In this document: positions 12,601 through 24,180 of the stretch, one piece after another
How positions within the stretch are numbered: position 1 is the first letter of the stretch
How the letters are laid out: every line of letters begins with the position of its first letter
The notes under the pieces: model-generated
Told to the model about the DNA's origin: nothing
The model's input: only the letters and a program-made list of their open reading frames with translations
Databases searched by the model: none
DNA from: Catajapyx aquilonaris
Lineage: Eukaryota
NCBI GenBank assembly: GCA_000934665.2
Contig: JYFJ02002918.1
Coordinates: 1-49,045, forward strand
Direction of reading: 5' to 3'
Length of the DNA: 49,045 nt
Program-made: the position numbers and the translations under genes

Positions 12601-13749
12601 CTGATATGTTAATGTCAGGGAAAAGGGTTGCTGTTGCATTCCGTGCATTGTTGGATGTATTAATGGAAATCGGTAAGTAGTGGGAAGCACAGGTGGAATG
12701 TTCATTGCTGGCCTCGGCTGCGGCACTGAGGTCGGTGAAGGCACAGAGGGCAACACTGCCGGCTCCTCCTGGGTTAGTGGTTCTGGGGACAATGTGTCAG
12801 GTTCCTCCTGGGTTAGTGATGGCTCTGGGGACGGCTCTGGGGACGTTTCAGGTTCTTCCCCGGTTGGTGTCGGCACCGGAGACAATGTTTCGGGCTCCTC
12901 CACCTCTGGAGCCGGTGACGGGACTGGAGGCAAGACCTCAGCTTGCTCCAGATTTGGAGGTGTCGTTTGGGGTGATACTGGAGGCTTCTCTGGGGTGGGA
13001 AAAGGGGCTGCGTGTGACAGCAGCAGGATTTTCAAATGTCAGTATGTTTTTTTTTGTTTTTTTTTCAGGTGACGCGGCACATTGAGAGAGTTTCAGAGAA
13101 TGAGGTATTCCAGAGGAGATGAAGAGGAAACGTGGCAAGAACAGCCAATGGAGAGGAAACTGGAAAAATACGACACCCATACTGACCTATGTTCTCTTGC
13201 GATGCTCTCTGGAAGCTGTAATATCCACGCTGAGGATTCCCCAGTTGCGACTGGGACCAGCTGTTCATCTGCTGATACCTTGGACCTCTCCGGTATGACG
13301 GCATGGAATACATACTCTGCGACCGAGTAGGCGGCAGTGATATGCGATGAAGTCGATTCCTCTTCAGCACGGCTTCCACTCCTCGAGCTTGGGCAGAAGT
13401 GCTGGGTCGACTTCTCGCAACAAGTTCAGCAACGTGGGCGGTATTTGCATCTGCCACATATCGCAAAACGTATTCTGGCCCAGCTCTCATTATGCTGACT
13501 GCCTGTGGAATGGACTTGAGGAAATCCAGCAGGGTTTGGAAGCCAAACGTAGAGTACGGGATCAGTTTTCCAGTTAGGTCTGCGTACTCCAACTGGCATC
13601 GGCTCAGGAGAACACCCTGTTGGTAAACCAAAATATTGTGAGGGTAACATACTGCAATTGAAATTAGTTTGTATTACCTTTGGCGATGCCAGAAGAAGGG
13701 CTCGAAGATCCTTCACCACCTCTTCCATCTCAGAATCGTTTGATGACAT
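6649..13749 (-). CDS. TDRD5/Tejas-like germline piRNA-pathway protein: four LOTUS (OST-HTH) domains, one extended Tudor domain and a C-terminal globular region; multi-exon
   Basis: LOTUS-like segments: VVKDLRALLLASPK|QGVLLSRCQLEYADLTGKLIPYSTFGFQTLLDFLKSIP, RKNICAVLRAYPSGIPVSKFQDAFKSLHG, VLHQVLRENPKGLQIKNLMSEYE|RIAGEKL, RRLFYILKMFPDGLSINELE. Tudor: YTPWKFFLQL...GHPCVALYEDIWQRA...VVDFGG...FFDLAAQAI. Last exon EQDVAFRSGDPYWCGL*. Confidence 0.85.
7960..8205 (-). repeat. Coding tandem repeat, ~5 x 51 bp (PKVxDFxAKPCDLLAAA)
   Basis: Repeated gactttgggagcagcggctaacaggtcacatggttttgcca units within an exon of the TDRD5-like gene. Confidence 0.9.
11485..11620 (-). repeat. Coding tandem repeat, ~3 x 45 bp (RSxTPTLPExTT)
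   Basis: Repeated gtcgtaacttctggtaaggttggagt units. Confidence 0.8.
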
Positions 13750-14521
13750 CTTGTACTGCGAACTCATAAAAACAACATTCATTATAGCTTTCAGTAATTT
13801 ACCTTATTTGACGGCATATAAGAAGCACTTTTCCACCCCCAAAAAATGACTGAAATGTTACTGTCGGCACAATTATCTTACCCTTGTTTGAGTGCGATGA
13901 AGTGAAAGCAAATATGACCGAGACCTACGATGAGTGAAAGAGAGAAGCAAGAGAGGAAAGGCAGTATCTTGCTGTTTCTTACTCCGGATGCAGATAAGGT
14001 TGGGTCATTAGGTGATGTAATCTTCACTTATCTAATTGGCGCAAGTGTGGCATGCTGATTATGAGCTATTCTGGTGTAATATTATTCCTGAATAACTTTG
14101 CCTTCACATGATAACATGGCTGCAATGTTCAGAACAAAAGGTCATAAACCTATGCTATGTCTAGCCAAAGCACACTTCTGCTTAAGTTTCCTCCATGGAA
14201 CTAGTGAACCCCCCTGCCCAAAACGGCCCTCCAGACAAGTAAACAGGTCCCTGGAAGTTTTTCCCCCTGTGACGTGATGGAGGAGGGCCATATGGGAGCT
14301 GTCATCAGGGTGTAAAGAGGAAGGGAACCCACCAAACATCAGCAGATATGTCCAGCTCTCACTTTGCCCAAAGTAAACAAAATTGCCCATCTGGTCGAAG
14401 TTAGTGTGATTAATTACAGTGGAATCCACGTGTAACAGCATCGGCTGTAACGGACTTTCGGTTATAACTGACGTTCTTTTCTGCGCTCCCTTGAAGTATG
14501 TTATATCCGGATTCAACTGTA

Positions 14522-14592
14522 TCATTATTATTTACATTATTATTATTTAGTAGTAGTAGTTGCCGTATTATTATTTGCATTATTATTAGTAC

Positions 14593-14644
<52 letters not shown>

Positions 14645-14645
14645 G
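14522..14645. repeat. (TTA)n microsatellite
   Basis: Near-perfect attattatt run. Confidence 0.95.
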
Positions 14646-14646
14646 C

Positions 14647-15767
14647 AGGGTAAACCATACAGTAATACAGGCCACCATACAGTAATGAGCCATTTACTGT
14701 AATCTTATTTATATTAATGCGTGTAGTGAAAGTAGTGATAATTTCCCGGTTGGACTTTCATCAAGGTCGCCAGAGCCTCTCGTCTCTTGAGTCACTTCCA
14801 AAATGTAGTTGGTAAGGAGTAGCACTGCAGCTAGTGATTAAGTTACAAGGGTTTTCGTCACTCCATGGTTGCCGATGTCAATTTGCATGGCTAGGGTAGA
14901 CTCCATAGTTTTATATTTTGTAGATAATGGTAAGTCAGTGTAGATAGCATGAGTAGAAGGGGGTGGCCCATAACTGTGTGGATCGAAACCATCACTTTAC
15001 AGTAATGGGCATACCCTACCCAAAACTGTATTTCGAGGTCAATTTTAATAAAAATTGCTTTTCGAACTTCCTCCCCCTCCCCCTTCATCTTTGGTCATCA
15101 GTAAGCGACCCCCAGAAGAGGATGAAGTAATGTGTGTTATTCAGTTAGCCTACCTGTACATTAGCCTACACTTAGCCTGCATCATTTTATCCAATAGTGC
15201 CCCTAGACCCTACTACCCAACATGATGGCATAAGGGAAGACAGGGCCAGGGAGACACCTCCAGAAGTGGGCAGGTAAGTGAATGTGACAATCATGAAGGA
15301 ATTTCAGGTGAGAAAGTCATCATTCTGTTCTTAACGAAATTCTTTGCTTGGCAGGCAGGCAGGTTCGGTAATTCCGGAGTAAATGCATCTTTCACACAAA
15401 TGACGACAAAGACTAGGGCGATGATCATTAAAACTTGAAAAACTGCTGAGGCAGTAGGAAACAATGCTGGGCAACACCCTGCACCACGAAAGTGCAGCAA
15501 ACAACAATCGAGTCCCTACAATTAGGTGGCCCATAACTGCCCCAAAGACGGCCCATAACTGTACTTTTGTGACTTTTTGTTTTTTGAACATTTCATTACC
15601 AAAAATGACAGTAAGGGAGAATTTCATAATTACAGTTGCTCCTTAAAAGAGAACATTCTGAAGATTCAGAAAAGAAAAAAAAGTATAATGATGTAATTAC
15701 TGTGGGTCATGTTATGATGTGAACTTGGAAAATATCTTAAGTGGCCCATAACTGTATGGTTTACCCT
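14647..15767. mobile_element. Non-autonomous TIR DNA transposon (~1.1 kb)
   Basis: Perfect 17 bp TIRs agggtaaaccatacagt (14647-14663) / actgtatggtttaccct (15751-15767). Repeated internal motif ggcccataactg at ~14965, 15528, 15550 and 15743. No transposase ORF seen. Confidence 0.8.
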
Positions 15768-15867
15768 AGTAGTAGTTGCTGTATTATTAGTAGTATTACT
15801 ATTTGCATTATTATTACGAATTATTAGTTATATTAGTATTATTAGTAGTATTATTAGTTATATTACA

Positions 15868-16117
15868 GGGCGACACGGTGGCGGAGTGGTTAGCGCCACA
15901 GCCTTCCGCCTCTAAGGTCTCGAGTTCGATCCCCGGGTCGCGCAGAGGATACTTATGTGGATATTGTTTCGATGGGTTCTCTCCGTATTCGCGTGGGTTT
16001 TCTCGGGGTTCTCCCGTTTCCTCCCGCAATCAAAATCCATCACACGCAGGCAATGATTAAAGTCGGTTCACGAAAAGAAGATCCCCCTAAGAGGCCGAAG
16101 GACTATCATGGGGTATC

Positions 16118-16176
<59 letters not shown>

Positions 16177-16318
16177 GTTATATTATTATTAGTTATATTA
16201 TTATTAGTTATATTATTATTAGTTATATTATTATTAGTTATATTATTATTAGTTATATTAGTTGTATTATTAGTTATATTAGTTGCATTCTTATTATTGT
16301 TGTTATTATTATTATTAT
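15868..16318 (+). mobile_element. tRNA-derived SINE with a V/Meta-like conserved central domain and (TTA)n tail
   Basis: Pol III A box TGGCGGAGTGG (15879-15889), B box GAGTTCGATCC (15922-15932), core gttctctccgtattcgcgtgggttttctcggggttctcccgtttcctccc, and a TTA-repeat tail from ~16119. Confidence 0.8.
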
Positions 16319-16948
16319 GTCTGTACTCCTTATTGTCCGTGCTAATGAATGCCCTGGTGGGCCAGGGGCAGACCGGTAACAACAAGACCTGTTGAAGAGA
16401 ACATTGCGCCAGGCAGGCGCCAATCAGACGATGGCCGGCAATGGCTGACAGAAGATTCGAACACGGCCAGATCCCGCTTGCAGCCCCCCAGGCCTAGATC
16501 CTTCTTCCTCACCTATTCCTGAAGAGTGGGGATGACGGGACCGCTTCTTCGCAAGCCCCCAGCAGAGCCCGGGGCTGAAGCAAGGGGCCAGTTGGCAAGG
16601 GCAGGGGGACGGACCCGGGGCCAGCAACAGAGTCGAGTCAGAGAAGGGCTTCCAGCGATGCAGTCTGAACGAGACTCGAACGCTATATGATGAGAAATTT
16701 TCTGTGAGGTCCTTCTGTCGCAGGAATCACCGCCAAGGTCTGGGTGGCGCCACATACCCTCCTACTGCGCGTGTTGCACACGTTGCAAGTGCGGTCAAGG
16801 AATTATATGCTGCTCATAATTGCATGATTAAATGATTTTATACATATACATACTGAGTAGTTAATTAGTTGGTAATTAGGAAGTAAAATCAGTAAAATGG
16901 CCTTGAATGTGCATGGAATATGGAATGTACATAGTGCCAAGCCTGTGC

Positions 16949-17850
16949 CAAGCTTACAAGGGAAGTGTCTGTAGGGCCATCGGCCAATCGGCCCGAAAAT
17001 GACACTAGGGGTAAATCGCAGGCCAGAAATTCATTGGTGAAAGTAAAAAGTCGCATTAGCCAAGCGTTTTCGAGATATGGGCGACTATATAGGTGCCCGG
17101 AAAACCTGCTCGGTGACAATGGGGCGCATTCGGCAGAAGGAATTATAAACAGTCTTCGTGGCTCAGTCGGTAGCGCGTCCGCGCCATGATCCGAAGTCTC
17201 CGCGTTCAAGTCCGCAGGAAGCGACTTTTTTTTCCCCCTCCCTCTCTCGTCTCGGAGCATCGTTTTCTTTTTCTTTCTTCCCCAACACCGTTTATCACCG
17301 CATATCTTCCCTTTTGCAATCAACAGGAATAAATAAACAGCTTGCTGGGAAGTGCATTACTTTTTTCTTTTCTTCTGCCGATGCTTACCTACTCTCTCCA
17401 TGGCTTCATATTCGGAAAAATGAATAGTCACAAGCTCAGTAAATAATAACTTATTCGTGTCCCTTCGTAATTATATGTTTACGATGTACACGCGTGCATT
17501 TATGGTTGCGGTTTCATTGAGCAGTTATTGCGAGTTGACAAGGACACAAATGAGAGAAGCGAAATATCAACGTCAACCTGTTTGCAGTGTTGCTAAACAC
17601 CCGGGAAGAGCGAAAATGATAAATATGCTACCGACTGAGCCACGAAGACTGTTTATAATTTCTTCTGCCGAATGCGCCCCATTGTCACCGAGCAGGTTTT
17701 CCGGGCACCTATAGTCGCCCATATCTCGAAAACGCTTGGCTAATGCGACTTTTTACTTTCACCAATGAATTTCTGGCCTGCGATTTACCCCTAGTGTCAT
17801 TTTCGGGCCGATTGGCTGATGGCCCTACAGACACTTCCCTTGTTAGCTTG
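16949..17850. mobile_element. Foldback/MITE-like element with ~225 bp near-perfect inverted arms
   Basis: 16949-17174 is the reverse complement of 17627-17850; the ORF-track peptides from the two arms are nearly identical. Confidence 0.85.
17152..17233 (+). pseudogene. Degenerate tRNA-like sequence (CAT at the anticodon-equivalent position) followed by a T8 run
   Basis: TGGCTCAGTCGGTAG A box, GTTCAAGTCC B box (17204-17213), oligo-T at 17226-17233. Stems pair poorly. Confidence 0.5.
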
Positions 17851-18301
17851 CATTTTGTCCGGCAGAGGCGCTGCAATCATTTCCCGCCAAAAGCTGCCAA
17901 AAGTAACGGTCGAATAGCTCCAGGCAGAGATTACAGAGGGGGGAAAATGTCAGTTTGTGATAATTAAGCAATTATATGCCATAAAAGACGTCACAGTGTG
18001 TCCGAATTGTCCCTGAACTAGCTTCGACCAGACTGCAGCATATGGCTGGATCAGAACTGGAAAAAATACGGCTAAATACAGGATACAACAATCCCCTCGT
18101 TATTCTCTTCCGTGACTCTAAAGAGCGCCACATATGGTTTTCGGATAATCGATAATTTAGCGTAAATATGACTTGCGAAAAAGTATACGCAGCATATATT
18201 TATTTCTTGATTACAGCATACACTGCACCGTCATAATATGTATCAGCATGATTGTTGTGCAATAATAATATGAAAACGTACATATTGAATGAACATGAAT
18301 T

Positions 18302-21300
18302 TTATATGTGGAAGACGTTTCGTTTGGCGTATCCAGCTTGACCCTTGCGGACCACTGCTTTGGCCATTTCGTCTGTTGATAAAAAGTGCGTGAGAGATAT
18401 AACAATTATTATTATGCCATTATTTTCAATTCGTTAGCAAAAGCTGACCTTTCATCACGTGTAGAGAGTAGAGTGTGTTGAATTCCATGAGCTCTGCAAG
18501 TCGATTAAAGTCACGTTTGCTGTAGGTCATCTTGAATAGCGAATAAGGTGAGTTGGGGTCGCTGTACACTGAGAAGTCAGCATATTCTTTCTCGTCCTCT
18601 TGGCGACGGACGCCTGAGACAAACAAAAAATGCATCGGATATTCGCAATACCAGTATACGCGATGTTTCATAATGATTCCCACAAGCATCTAGACTGAAT
18701 CATTATATAACACACTCCTGTATCATGATCTACAACACAGTACGTACCCGGTGCTTTGTACTCCCGGAAAGCATTGTTGGCAATTGGCATGTGTATGATT
18801 GTAGGGCAGTTTGGATCCGTCGGATGCTCAAACACGTACCATTCCTTCACCTTTTTCTCAGCCACGTACTCCAACACTTTCTTTCTTATTGGCGGAAATC
18901 TGATGTTGTTCGCCTCAGCCCATTTCTCAGCCAAAAGCAGCTCCTAATTTTGACATGTATAGACCAATCAAGCGGTACTGATTGTTTGACAACAGAAGGT
19001 CTGACCTCAAATGGTGGAAAGTCGTCTCCAGGTCTGCTGCTAAACTCAAAGGAGAGGATCAGATCGACTGCTCGTTGTGGCCGTAGAAACAGAGGATATG
19101 GCGAGTTGAAGGCCAGACCTGCGTCGACCACGTACATTTTCTTTAGGTCCGGGTCTACTGGTTCGAAAATCCCTTTGAAGTCCACCTCTGTATATATGGA
19201 CAGCAATAATGAGTTCAAAGTTACGCTATATTTGGTGTTCCTTACGGTCAGTTGCAGTCGTCACCACTTCAGGGAGGTGGTCATCCTTAGCCTTATTGAG
19301 AGCGAGGCCTCTGAGTGGGTTGAAAACTGCTCCGGCTCGTAGTTCGCGACTGTCCAGAAAAGATGAGGACAGCAACTTGTTTTTCAGGGATTCGCCAAAG
19401 CTAGCCAACCTGCCCTTCTCTTCTTTCAGACACCCCTTCCTTTCAATTTAAAAAATATATTGCCAACCCATCATCATTTTTGATTACATGTCAATATGCA
19501 CTTACCTTTTTTCTCTGTACTGTTTCACTGGATCATTCCTCTTTGCTTTCTTCATGTTTGGCCCGCTGCAGCTGATTACCATGAAGCAATCGTTTGAATG
19601 GTCAGAGTTATTGTGGCAGTCGATTTCTCCATCGGAATTATCGGAATCGACGGGGACTGCGTCGTCAATGTCACCGTCGCCACCCTCAGGAGGAATGTCA
19701 CATGGAAAGAAGATTCATATGTACCATTAATTTCCCACAGTAAGTCAAATGTGACTCTGACCGTTCAGCATTTCAGATCTTCAAATACTACTCGTGTGTA
19801 GGTAAACACAACAACATGTGTTACAGGCTACCGTGTTTTCCATCATATGAGTTACATAACGTACATATCTCGTCATTTCTTATGCAACATGGATATACCG
19901 TTCGTTGGTTCACGGTGGCTGATTCACTTCCAAGCATTGCAATAAATAAATGATGACCAATCGAAGATATTGAGTTTTCACGTCATATTGTGGAACAAGC
20001 TTGCAGAAAAGCTCGGTACATTCCAGCTTCTTCAGGAAGTTGAAATACCGTCCTTTCATGTATGATGCGTGTAGCTCTGTGAAGTGACATCTCAGGTGCT
20101 AAAATGCTGATCACTTTTACCTGCTTCATTGCCTTGTTGCTAGCGCATGACGCGTCAGGTCGAATTCACACGAAAAAGGAGTGTGAAGAAGGAAGTGACC
20201 AGACGAAGTTCGTTTGGAATCTTCTGGAAGATGAACCAGTGGAGTGTCCTCTGGTTCTGCATCATGATGTCTCGGGAGAAGTTCCAGGACCTCTCGTGAC
20301 TCTGTTAACAAACGTGTCTCTTCTTGGACGACCTGTGCTTGTCTCCAAATCTAGCTCGGCCAGCAGCACTTGGAACTGCGATCCTGCAGAATCAACCTCA
20401 CGAACAGGTTTAGAACTGGATCCAAAGGAGGCTAAGTGTGCAGTGCATCTGGCGGTGGCATGTTCGTCCCATTACCAATATTTGATGGAGGAACTATTGG
20501 AGGAACGAGAGAATAATGTTCTGGTGATGAAAAGAACTAGAGACAAATTTGTCTTGTGGATGAGGGATCATATGGACCTCAATGTTCTTCTGGAGAAGCC
20601 ATTGTCGAAGATCAAGCAGAAAGTGATGATCGAAAGGGATTCGTTACTGATGGCCCATTCAGTGTGCTTTTTCTGCAAAGAAGGAAGCCCAACTGTGGAG
20701 TTGACCATGATACGGTCCGATGAAGTTTCCGACAAAGAAATATTTATTAAGGATACGTCCATCAACTTGCACAGAAAATTTATGAAATCTAAAAACGTAT
20801 TTGAGGAGAGTTACTTGGAATGCAATGAAACGTCCAGGAGCATTCAGTTATGTTTCTTGGGCAATGCTCTAAACTTCACCTGGCACATTTCTGAAGTAAA
20901 TTTAGCCTCTGTGTTTAGCAACATGTCTGCAGCAGTTCAATTTGTAGAGGACATAAACGAAGAAAGATTGAATTTTTTATCTGAATGTCCTGAATTAGAG
21001 TTGACCTATGCATTTGGCGAGATAATAGCGCCTTATTCGGATTTGAAAATGACATTCATGGTTCGGACTCCATTGTCCGAGAAAGAGAATACTTTCATAA
21101 TGTATTGTCCATTCACACTCGTCGCATGGTGTTTGATCGCTTCTTCATTATTAATTCAAGTGTCACTTTAGTAGTGCTTTCTAAGTCACATCCTCATGCA
21201 GATCCAGAACAAGGCCAGTTACTTCGAATCATTTAATTCGTACATGTATTATCTTGTGAAAGTATTTACGGAAGAATCCACTCCATTTCCTGGAGGTTCC

Positions 21301-24180
21301 GCGTCTAATGTCTTTGCAATGATCTGGATTTATTTTTCGATTCTTATTACCACAGTATACTGTTCCAAACTGTATACACTTTTCTGACTCTCCCACCGAG
21401 GGAGGATATCCCAGATACTTTTGTGAAATTGCGGATTTCCAGATTTTCCATTAAAATGTCAAAGGAGACTTACGATGTATTAGCTGGCAGTATTGTAGCG
21501 GATGAGAATGACCCTTATCAAAGGACGTTTGACAGAATAGAACCTGTAACAGACTGGGATGAGTGTTACAGGAACGTAGTCACTGAAGACAGTGTCTGCA
21601 TGGAAACGAGCAGATAGTTACAGAAATTGTTGAATGTTTTGGATGTGTATGGACAGGACGTTGCTTTCATATCCCACGATTACCTATAGCAGTTTTGTAC
21701 CATGCAGTTCTGGTTCCAAAAGGAGTGGTTTATTCGGAGAACTGGAACTACTGGTCCCACATCTTCTACAGCATCGGATTGAGCGAAAAAAAAGACGCAG
21801 GCTACTGGAGCACAGAAGAATGCTCAATTCTGCAGAGGCCAGAAGAAGAGACAAAATTGCTGAAGGAGACGAAGGAAGGCTGGTGGTGTTTTCACTGAAA
21901 AGGTTGCACGGCCATTTTCTTAGTCCTTCTCGTTGGATTGTGCCTTTCGATTACATGCTTTATCAGAGAGATTATTATACGTACATCACTGTCAACCAGT
22001 CTTTGCACGGCGACCTAAATAATCTATACAGTAGGCCTATAATATTATTGTTTAAAAAAAGCATGCTTATCCAGTGGGTGACAGCTAATGTATATTTCGT
22101 GCCATTTGTATATTTCCTCTGCATTCACACAACTGGCCCTAAAAGCACTCTTATAGTCCTTATGAAGTATATTTGCAAATTAATTTATAATGACGTATAT
22201 GGTTGCACATACGAAATGCACAATGATGTACAGTACAAGTGGAATGGTTTCCTTGCTTACATGACTGGGTTAGACTGCAATAAAATGATATTCAGCAAAA
22301 TATAGCAGGATTAATTTTGACCATTTTTCATGGCGATTTCCATGATTGTCCAAAACATCGCACCTTTTTAAATATCATAATTTTTAATCGAACAATTTGA
22401 CCACACTGACCTGCGTCTCTGAGGTTGGCTTCCTCCGATTGGTTGATAGCCTCTCGTGTCAGCAAGTACTTCCCTTGGTCCTGCAGGAGACGGACAAATC
22501 TTATGCAAAATGCGCTGCCCCACAGGCCCATCAAGTAGCTCAAAGGGCATTCGACCTGCTCCTTCAGGACATGACCCATGAAGAACTTTGACCCAAAGTC
22601 CTCCACTTTGAAGAACGCTCCGTACTTGACCATCCCGACCTCGTAAGGCGTGAATTCCATCCACTCCTGGAAGACACGAGCTGACACACTCTTCTTGACG
22701 TGAAGGCTGGCAAACAGGGGCAGAGGAGCATTGGCGTCCTTCACTGCCTTTTGCATCGAAGACAACTTGGACTTTTGTCTCTGTAAAGTGCACATGTTAA
22801 GTAAGTACTGCTGAGGTAAAATAATTGTCAACTTATTACTCCAGGTATGATAGTGTCAGCCACGAGGAATCCGAAGAAGTCTGTGAACGACACGGGCTGT
22901 CCATCCTTCTTCTTGGCAACAAACTTCCTCCACTTGTACAAGAACGAGTCGAAGCTGAGATACTTGGTCCATTCGATCCCAACGTTCTTCCTCAGCTCTT
23001 TTTGCAACTCTCCAGGACTCTTGGCTGGAAATTCACGGCTGGAGTACAGGTTGGAAAGGTACCTGCGAGTGTATATTATTATTTTGTTATTAACATGGAA
23101 GGTGCAGGAATGTTTTTGTTGGTATATTATAGTACCAGGTAGATCCTGAGATTGCTCCGACATAAGTGGCAGCATCCATCACTCCTGAATCATGAAGAGC
23201 TTTCATTACTCCGCTGAATGCACAAAGAGCTCTGAATCCGCCTCCGCTGCCCATTATGGCAACTACTGGAACCTGTAACAATATTAATGATGGGCCACGT
23301 TGTAATAAAACTGTTCACTATCCGAAATTTTGTTATGCACCTTTTGTACCTGATCTATGCTTTGAGGTCCTCTGTCCCCAAGAAGTTTCTTCATGGCTTC
23401 CAACACCTTCATGCCTCTCAGATGCAAGAACCGATCTTCTTTTTCACACAGATCTAAGCTGTACCGCATATCAGGACCATTGCTTTAAAAATATCGTAGT
23501 CAATTTTAGCATCAAACATAACTGTGATACAAGAATTTCAGGTAGCATAAAATAATCTTACCATTTCGTGACCAGAAGCTTCAAGTAAATTGTTGATCCC
23601 TGCAAGTAATTATATTGTAATTAAGCGTTGTTTTTTTTGCTCGTGTTGAGACATAATTACGTTGTCAAACACGATGGTCATGTCTCTTTCTTCTCCGGGC
23701 TGAAGCAATTGGAGCTGGATTTCTCTGGTTCCAATCCTGTCGTCGTCCCAGGTTCCAGGCAGGAGGTCATCATCCCACAAGCTGACCTCTGATCAAAGAT
23801 TGAGGAGGTTTTATTTTTTATTTTTTTTTGCTTACCCCATAAGATTGAGGAGGTCAAATTACGCAATCATTTGCACGTGCCGAATTAAGCCTACCCAACA
23901 GGTTGTCCTTTGAGGAATCGAAGTAAAAAGTAAACTCTTCATGCCACTCAGGGTTTACTGAGTTTGGAACCGATTCGGTGTACTTGGTTCCATTTGGAGT
24001 ACCCTTCACACGAAGAAGGACATACGGATCTGGTACATCAACTGCAAATGTACGAAAGGTATTGAACGTATAGACAATTGTATGACATCGATATGACTCA
24101 CCTTTGTCGCTGGCTCCGACTGTGACATTTTCGCCTCTAAGTACAACCACTTGCAGCACTGCGCATGAATCATGTTGGGC
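18302..24180 (-). CDS. Cytosolic phospholipase A2 group IV, paralog A (C2 plus catalytic domain); 5' end unresolved, possibly a recent pseudogene
   Basis: VDVPDPYV..NSVNPEWHEEF (C2), VPVVAIMGSGGGFRA, GAISGSTWYLS, PLPLFASLHVK, EWMEFTPYEVG, VVDAGLAFNSPYP.LRPQR and last exon DEMAKAVV...VFHI*. Confidence 0.88.
20104..22000 (+). pseudogene. Intronless divergent ionotropic receptor (IR) pseudogene nested antisense in a cPLA2-A intron
   Basis: Signal peptide, long ectodomain, M1 (PFTLVAWCLI), pore-like KVFTEES, TM W..FSILITTVYCSKL..FLT.P....PDTF..L and terminal FSLKRLHGHF + TM. In-frame TAG TAG at 21169-21174, TAG at 21615-21617, and several frameshifts (~21380, ~21700-21920). Confidence 0.72.

Noticed and set aside
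15803..16395. Poly-Leu, poly-Ile and poly-Asn ORFs resembling membrane proteins
   Set aside because: Products of the (TTA)n microsatellite and SINE.
21169..21174. In-frame TAG TAG as possible stop-codon readthrough or recoding
   Set aside because: A shifted frame gives a better TM continuation (SSVTLVVLSK), and further frameshifts follow, so this is decay.
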